From positions 62,001-126,000 of the IMG/VR virus record IMGVR_UViG_3300023202_000383: a stretch of 64,000 nucleotides of DNA. One strand, written 5' to 3'. The notes beneath the pieces were generated by a model. That model was not told where the DNA came from. It saw only the letters and a list, made by a program, of their open reading frames with translations, and ran no database searches. The first letter of the stretch is position 1; every line of letters starts with the position of its first letter. Positions 58,180 to 64,000 of this stretch are shown one piece after another. Both the position numbers and the translations under genes were made by a program.

Positions 58180-58776
58180 ATGTTAGAAGACGAAAATATT
58201 AGATTCATCCATGTACCAAAGACTGGTGGGTCGTCTGTCTCATGTGTCTTGTTTGGCGATGGCAAAAGGGGAACTGGTCATCAGCCGGTTTGGCAATGTC
58301 CTCCGAAGTTAAACCAAAATCAAGTTACTGTGGCGTTTGTGCGCAACCCATTAGATCGTTTGGTATCGACTTATTCGTACCTTCTTGCTGATGGGCAAAA
58401 CAATAGAGACAAATCCGATAGCCAGAAGTTTATAAAACCGCATGGGGGATTTAAACAATTTGTTGAGGCTTTAAGTCAAGATCCGGATTTTTATTTCGAG
58501 CAGCAGCATTTGAAACCACAGTTATATTACCTGTCTGAATCTGGTAACAATGTCTGTGCCAATATAGACTGGTTGTGTAGATATGAGAGATTTGACGCAG
58601 ATTTACGCAGGCTATGTCTTGCATTCGGCAAGGAATACCGAAATATCAGAATAAATGCCTCAAAGCATGAGCATCATATCTATTATTATGATGATAAAAC
58701 AGCTGATTTAGTGATGCAGGTATATCATCAGGACTTTGAAGCTTTCGGATATCCTACTTGCCTAAAGACGGGTTAA
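58180..58776 (+). CDS. Sulfotransferase family 2 protein
   Basis: FIHVPKTGGSSV (5'-PSB), FVRNPLDRLVSTY (3'-PB), HLKPQ, DFEAFGY. Confidence 0.85.
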   Translation: MLEDENIRFIHVPKTGGSSVSCVLFGDGKRGTGHQPVWQCPPKLNQNQVTVAFVRNPLDRLVSTYSYLLADGQNNRDKSDSQKFIKPHGGFKQFVEALSQDPDFYFEQQHLKPQLYYLSESGNNVCANIDWLCRYERFDADLRRLCLAFGKEYRNIRINASKHEHHIYYYDDKTADLVMQVYHQDFEAFGYPTCLKTG

Positions 58777-58836
58777 TGCCGAGACCGAATGTTGTATGTA
58801 GCGGGAAAACGGGAAAATTGAAGCTATGAATAATGG

Positions 58837-59148
58837 TTGGGATTGGCAATGCTAAGAAATATCATAGAATTTGTGTTTTTTAGATCCGGTAAGTGGTATC
58901 CAGTCGATAAGTTCGTTGCTCGTGGAAAAGATTGGGACCAATCCATTTCTCATTTAGAAATTTCTAAATTAGAAGAACAGGCTGAGCCATACATGGGCGA
59001 TCGTGAGCAATTTATGTTGTTTTATATTGATAAAAGCGATGATACTAGATTGAAAGTGGAATCGTGCATCGGTGAATTTAGACGTGGAAAACTGATGATA
59101 AGTAATGATGAAAACGTAATTAGGGCATTCAGACGCAACAATAAATGA
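58837..59148 (+). CDS. Hypothetical protein
   Basis: Part of a run of coupled small ORFs. Confidence 0.5.
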   Translation: MGLAMLRNIIEFVFFRSGKWYPVDKFVARGKDWDQSISHLEISKLEEQAEPYMGDREQFMLFYIDKSDDTRLKVESCIGEFRRGKLMISNDENVIRAFRRNNK

Positions 59149-59573
59149 GTGCGATATATGTCCATGATATAGTAGCGCCAGCCGGGGAGTGGTTGCCTAG
59201 AAATTCTATGACCAAGCTTGAATGGGACAGAGTATATTCTGGTATGATTTACTCTGCATTTGGGGCAAATGATCCGTCATTTGATAATCTTAGACTAATG
59301 CTGCGAGTAGGCACTGTCGAACCATATGGCGGTTTATTCATGGTAGATATTAAATGCATGGATGATCAATACTCGAGAATACATATGATACCAGTGTGGG
59401 AAGTGGGACGTGATATCTTTAATGACGGCATTGAATATAGACTCCATAATTGGGTGTCTGATGGCTCGCCTATTAAAACAGGAATGTACTTAAGGTCTAA
59501 GCAGAAGAGTTCTCCTATTGCCAACGATAGGAGAATTAGAGAAGTGATCCAAGACTTTTTGGATTCTATGTGA
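59145..59573 (+). CDS. Hypothetical protein
   Basis: Overlapping start/stop coupling. Confidence 0.55.
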   Translation: MSAIYVHDIVAPAGEWLPRNSMTKLEWDRVYSGMIYSAFGANDPSFDNLRLMLRVGTVEPYGGLFMVDIKCMDDQYSRIHMIPVWEVGRDIFNDGIEYRLHNWVSDGSPIKTGMYLRSKQKSSPIANDRRIREVIQDFLDSM

Positions 59574-59881
59574 TGAATAAAATAGCAGAATTGATTGCCG
59601 ATCGAATTTGGTCGAGATTGTCTCGCGATGGCAATTATTATATTAACACAATGGACCCCTCGAAAATTTCCTTTGGAAGAAAGATGTCTGATATCTTGTT
59701 GACCATTAATGATGATAAGGTTTCTATAGAAAGATTAGTTATTTGGTCATCTGGAAGGCGTATTAGATCTCCAATGTGGGGCAAACGATTTCATGATTTT
59801 GCTGATCCAGACTTTGATCCAGAAAAATGGGTTATAGAAGCAGAAGCGAAATTCAGGGAAATGATTGAATTGTATTCATGA
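59570..59881 (+). CDS. Hypothetical protein
   Basis: Overlapping start/stop coupling. Confidence 0.55.
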   Translation: MMNKIAELIADRIWSRLSRDGNYYINTMDPSKISFGRKMSDILLTINDDKVSIERLVIWSSGRRIRSPMWGKRFHDFADPDFDPEKWVIEAEAKFREMIELYS

Positions 59882-60201
59882 CTGATAACGAACGATGGCT
59901 AGTTAATACACTGCGTCAGCTTGATGAACTCAATACTGAGATGAACCAAGCCCGTAAGAGAGGTAAGAATACTGGTATTCCTGGGATGCGCGGCGGAGAT
60001 TGGCTTGAAGCTAGTGGATGGGAGGAAGTGGACGTAGAGAGTCCATATCGCTGGAAGTCGCCTGAAAATGGCACTGTTTTGTGCTTTGAGAGAGCTTTCC
60101 ATCAAGAACGGAATAGAATACGAAGAGATATGGAATTGCTACTTGAGCAGTTTAGAGTAAAATACCCTTTAAATGGGTCTTCTGCAAAGGTTCAAAAATG
60201 A
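59878..60201 (+). CDS. Hypothetical protein
   Basis: ATGA coupling on both sides. Confidence 0.55.
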   Translation: MTDNERWLVNTLRQLDELNTEMNQARKRGKNTGIPGMRGGDWLEASGWEEVDVESPYRWKSPENGTVLCFERAFHQERNRIRRDMELLLEQFRVKYPLNGSSAKVQK

Positions 60202-60992
60202 GACAATATCTAGAAATGCTTGACTATGTTTTAAATTGCGGAGAAAAAAGGCCAGATCGCACTGGCACAGGAACAATCTCTGCGTTTGGTGGACAGATGT
60301 TTTTCGATTTGAATGAAGGATTCCCGCTGGTAACCACTAAGAAAGTCCATTTAAAATCGGTTATTCATGAACTTTTGTGGATGCTTAGTGGAAATACCAA
60401 TACAAAATATCTGAACGACAATGGTGTGACAATATGGGATGAATGGGCTGATGATAACGGCGATTTAGGTCCAATATATGGGCACCAATGGAGGTCTTGG
60501 CCTGATGGCGAGAATGTGTTTGATCAAATTGCGAATGCACTGTATTCGATCAAGACAAATCCATATTCTAGAAGACATATAATCTCTGCGTGGAATGTTG
60601 GTCAACTTGGTGAGATGGCTTTGGCACCTTGCCATGTAATGTTTCAGTTTTATGTATCTGTCGATGGGACTCTTAGCTGTCAGATGTATCAAAGGTCAGC
60701 GGATTTGTTTTTGGGTGTACCATTCAATATTGCTTCTTATGCTATGCTCACACATATGATGGCACAAGTGACTGGATTAAAGCCCGGCCACTTCATTCAC
60801 GTGCTTGGCGATGTTCATATCTATAGTAACCATGTTGAGCAGGCCGAGTTGCAGCTTTCTAGAGAACCGAGACAATTACCTAAGCTCAAGCTCAATCCCG
60901 ATATTATATCGATTGATGATTTTACGTATGATGATATCTCTGTTGAAGGTTATGACCCACACCCGACAATAAAAGCATCAATATCTGTTTGA
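60198..60992 (+). CDS. thyA: Thymidylate synthase
   Basis: [56 protein letters not shown]. Confidence 0.97.
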   Translation: MRQYLEMLDYVLNCGEKRPDRTGTGTISAFGGQMFFDLNEGFPLVTTKKVHLKSVIHELLWMLSGNTNTKYLNDNGVTIWDEWADDNGDLGPIYGHQWRSWPDGENVFDQIANALYSIKTNPYSRRHIISAWNVGQLGEMALAPCHVMFQFYVSVDGTLSCQMYQRSADLFLGVPFNIASYAMLTHMMAQVTGLKPGHFIHVLGDVHIYSNHVEQAELQLSREPRQLPKLKLNPDIISIDDFTYDDISVEGYDPHPTIKASISV

Positions 60993-61143
60993 GGGTCAAT
61001 AATGGATGATTTGGAAGTTAAAGTGCTCGAAGCTTTAGTTGATGGTCCGTTGCATATGGCGGAAATTATAGATAAAACGTTATATGAAGAAGATAGATCT
61101 TCGTAGAGATCGAAAGCTAGAGCTTGCGTAACAAATATATTAT

Positions 61144-61512
61144 ATGAAGCTTAATTTATTACATGAAAACGTAGATCCAGATGAAATTGAAAAAGGTGAT
61201 TGGATTAAGCTTTTCGGGATAGCCGATGACGTTTATGGACGATTTCTCGGTCGCAAGAAATCGAAACGCAGTCCGGTGGGAGATAGAATATTAGGACAAT
61301 TTTTAGTCCCGGCGTTTGTCGGAGAAGTAGATCCTGAATCTCCATCACCATATTTGGTAAGATGGATACCATTAGATCAAGCCGAGAAAGCGACGCCAGA
61401 TGGCACATGGGAATCGTGGCGGCACGATCTGACTGGTGAGACGGTTACCCATCCGCCGAAATGGCGTAGATTTTATGAGATGGATAAGTATAAGAAATAT
61501 TGGTTATATTAA
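61144..61512 (+). CDS. Hypothetical protein (MKLNLLHE N-terminus)
   Basis: CAAATATA motif just upstream; 122-aa ORF. Confidence 0.6.
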   Translation: MKLNLLHENVDPDEIEKGDWIKLFGIADDVYGRFLGRKKSKRSPVGDRILGQFLVPAFVGEVDPESPSPYLVRWIPLDQAEKATPDGTWESWRHDLTGETVTHPPKWRRFYEMDKYKKYWLY

Positions 61513-61913
61513 AATCTCTGAATTACTATAAAGCATAAATAATCTAGGTTTTTGGGTTTCTTTGGTGCGTCTAAGATTTGTCTAACACCATACTTGCCAT
61601 TTCCCCATTTAGTTATGAGGTATGGCATTAAATGTAGATCTGCACCAAATGGATCTAATTCGCATGCTTTGCTGTGTGATGAACTATGTTCTATTATGCA
61701 CAATCCTGTCTTTCTTAGGCAACTCATCCATGTAGTTAAGCATGTTTCCGGATCATAGCTATGGTCGAATGAATTGCTATAGATAAAGTCGGTATTGCAC
61801 ACCCATTCTGGTTTGGCATCGTGAAAATCCCATTGGATGGTGTTCGGAAAGAATTCTGCTGTTTCTGATATTTCTGTGCCTATTACATGACACCCTAGAT
61901 ATTTATAATAAAG
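61509..61913 (-). pseudogene. 5'-truncated class I SAM-dependent methyltransferase-like gene
   Basis: The frame extends upstream of the listed ORF as YLGCHVIGTEISETA..WDFH..DFIYSNSFDH..GLCIIEH but meets an in-frame TGA with no start codon. Confidence 0.55.
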
Positions 61914-61940
61914 TCAAATGTCTGTAAATGGAGGTAAATT

Positions 61941-62138
61941 ATGCCAGCAAAAAGCGAAGCACAACGTAGGGCAGCTGGGGCGGCCCTCAGTGCAAAAAGA
62001 GGTAAGACCAGTCCTAAGACCTTAAAAGGTGCATCTAAGCAGATGCATGATTCTATGACAGAGAAAGAGCTTGAAGATTTCGCCAGGAAAGAGTCGTTTG
62101 AATTGGCATTGGATACTGTTTTAGAATCAATAGGCTGA
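61941..62138 (+). CDS. DUF3008-like small protein
   Basis: MPAKSEAQRRAAGAALSAKRG..LKGASKQM..SMTEKELEDFA; GGAGG RBS. Confidence 0.75.
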   Translation: MPAKSEAQRRAAGAALSAKRGKTSPKTLKGASKQMHDSMTEKELEDFARKESFELALDTVLESIG

Positions 62139-62187
62139 TTTTTAGCACGCTCATGTCAATACACGTTTGACATGAGCGTGCTAAAAA
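62139..62187. repeat. Perfect 21-bp inverted repeat
   Basis: TTTTTAGCACGCTCATGTCAA-tacacgt-TTGACATGAGCGTGCTAAAAA. Confidence 0.95.
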
Positions 62188-62510
62188 GAGCTGCAGTCGA
62201 ATCAGAGGAAGGTTGGAGAGAGAAAGTTCTCCCAACTATGCCATTTATAAAATTCCCGGACGGCTGGGAAATAAAAATTATTCCACCTATTCAAGGTGCT
62301 ACAACGAGGTTTATTGCAAAAATTGAGGGCATTGAGATATCGGTTTATTCAGATCATTTTGAAAACCTAGGCTGCTATGGTAAGCCGTATTGGGAAATAC
62401 ACCCCATCGGTGGGGATGTTGCTAGATATGATTTGGACAAGCCAGATGAAATGATACTTGGAATATGCGAATCTGTAGTTGAACAAATGTCTAGAAAACA
62501 GACGAAATGA
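62172..62510 (+). CDS. Hypothetical phage protein
   Basis: 112-aa ORF; PFIKFP..IIPP..ISVY.D..LG..PYWEIHP. Confidence 0.6.
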   Translation: MSVLKRAAVESEEGWREKVLPTMPFIKFPDGWEIKIIPPIQGATTRFIAKIEGIEISVYSDHFENLGCYGKPYWEIHPIGGDVARYDLDKPDEMILGICESVVEQMSRKQTK

Positions 62511-62657
62511 ATTGGATATTTAGAGTATTTACGCCGATGATGCGGCCAGACATATCACGCGCTCTAAGTGATCCAAGCACTATTGCTGCTTTCAAGAAAT
62601 TCCAAAAATCTTTATGCGCCAACATAATAATGATCCCCCGATGCCCCTCAAATAAAA

Positions 62658-63131
62658 ATGCACATATTCAGCGCAGCAAATCGAAGGTCCCTTGAAGAAG
62701 CGTCGGTTTTGGGCTTATGTTCAATTCGTGACGGAAAGATTGTAACGGACATAGATGGCCCACATTCTGACGCATTTGTGTGCTTTAGATTTGTCCTTAC
62801 TAATGATGCCAAAATAGAAAAGATGGCATCAGATGTTGCTGCAAACATGGCATTCAAGGATATGACCGAGAGTCTCGTTCTTGGTTATAGAGGCAAGAGT
62901 GTTGTGGATGTAGGATACTTTTATGCGCCACGTGTGTCACTCCATATCATCCCGGACGATGGTTTTGAATTTGTTTTGGGCGATACAATATTGGTTAATT
63001 CTGATTGTGATGGTTGGGTATTTTGTAAGTCAGGTAAAGTGATATCTCCATCACCATTTAATTTATATATCGAAGATTGCAATATGTTGTTGTCGTTGAT
63101 AAAAGAATATACTAATGAAGTCGGTGAATGA
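62658..63131 (+). CDS. Hypothetical protein containing a major-capsid-like segment
   Basis: LVLGYRGKSVVDVGYFYAP vs capsid ILMGYKGNSVLDAGYFYAP; start uncertain. Confidence 0.55.
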   Translation: MHIFSAANRRSLEEASVLGLCSIRDGKIVTDIDGPHSDAFVCFRFVLTNDAKIEKMASDVAANMAFKDMTESLVLGYRGKSVVDVGYFYAPRVSLHIIPDDGFEFVLGDTILVNSDCDGWVFCKSGKVISPSPFNLYIEDCNMLLSLIKEYTNEVGE

Positions 63132-63423
63132 TATGGATATGAGCGGAATTGATCTTAGATATAAGTCGGTTGATGGGTCTATGATTGCTGGGATCGTTGA
63201 TAAATATCTGAATTCAGTGTGGCCGAGGTTGGTTCTAGAAGAAGGCGGTCCGTGTGAATTGTTTTATTGGAAGTCGCATGAATCTAAAGTCAATGAAAAC
63301 TTTGCTGAAATGATTTATGTGATATGGGATGGCAACGAATGTATTGTAGTTGTTGAAAATGACATGGAAAATGCTATCAAAGAACTAATGAAGATTCACA
63401 TAAACTCAGTCAAACCCGCTTAA
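63115..63423 (+). CDS. Hypothetical protein
   Basis: ORF in the accessory run. Confidence 0.5.
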   Translation: MKSVNDMDMSGIDLRYKSVDGSMIAGIVDKYLNSVWPRLVLEEGGPCELFYWKSHESKVNENFAEMIYVIWDGNECIVVVENDMENAIKELMKIHINSVKPA

Positions 63424-63891
63424 TTTAGTCCATTTGTCAATCGCTAAGTATTTCCCCCAATGACCATGCATTTTCCCGGGTTTGCCGTGTTTTGTTATAG
63501 TTGTTGATGGTGTTATCAGAGCTTCGTCGGTATTATTTCGACCGTAGATTATCACTCCATTCTTATATCCTATTATATTTATTGCATCATCGATGATTTG
63601 TATTTGGTAATCGTTTACAAACAACCCATCATTGTCTATCTCGCTCCATTTGCCATACAATATTTTTATGTCTCCACACCAATCTCCATCATCTGCAAAG
63701 TCCAATGATAATCCATCGTCGTGAACAAATTCGTGCTTGATCTTAGTTAGCTTAGATTTTAAGGCGGCACTGCCTATGTCAATAAAATGTTGTTCTTTTA
63801 CTGGATATAATGGATCATTTAGTTTTGGGTCTCTAAATCCACTCCTCTGTGCCCACATAGCATAAAGCCAATTTGTGAGTTCTTGTTTCAT
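63406..63891 (-). CDS. Hypothetical protein
   Basis: 161-aa convergent ORF. Confidence 0.55.
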   Translation of the reverse strand: MKQELTNWLYAMWAQRSGFRDPKLNDPLYPVKEQHFIDIGSAALKSKLTKIKHEFVHDDGLSLDFADDGDWCGDIKILYGKWSEIDNDGLFVNDYQIQIIDDAINIIGYKNGVIIYGRNNTDEALITPSTTITKHGKPGKMHGHWGKYLAIDKWTKLSGFD

Positions 63892-64000
63892 CTTATTTTA
63901 TATACCATAATGACAAGAAAATATAAAGTAGAATGTTTTCGGCAATCAAATCATTCTTTAAAAAACGAAAATCTATTGCAAATAAGTCTACCCCAAAGGG

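Noticed and set aside
1-64000. tRNA or rRNA genes
   Set aside because: No cloverleaf or rRNA-like sequence recognised in the short intergenic spaces; a covariance-model scan would be needed to exclude them.

Overview
A 64 kb segment of a large T4-like (Myoviridae-type, probably jumbo) phage genome in the standard genetic code, covering most of the virion morphogenesis region. Neck, tail terminator, sheath, three tube-like paralogues, tape measure and baseplate genes are followed by an UvsW-like helicase, a gp55-like late sigma factor, terminase, portal, prohead protease, scaffold and major capsid protein. A primase lies within the tail genes, and an accessory region (sulfotransferase, thyA, small ORFs) ends the window. 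Selfish elements are dense: three canonical LAGLIDADG inteins (sigma factor, TerL, portal) and six free-standing PD-(D/E)XK/Vsr-type nuclease genes, five of them fused to DNA-modification-like domains (GNAT/Mom-like or amino-MTase). Two observations stand out. (1) The gp13-like neck gene is split in two: the N-half ends in a complete Hint domain that lacks the terminal Asn and +1 nucleophile, and the C-half begins with a zincin-like protease domain, suggesting a non-canonical protein re-ligation system. (2) A non-coding array at 57.3-57.6 kb has seven GCCGCTGC repeats separated by runs of GTNNN pentamers. A recurring CAAANATA motif is a candidate late promoter. All family assignments come from motif recognition and synteny only; no searches were run.
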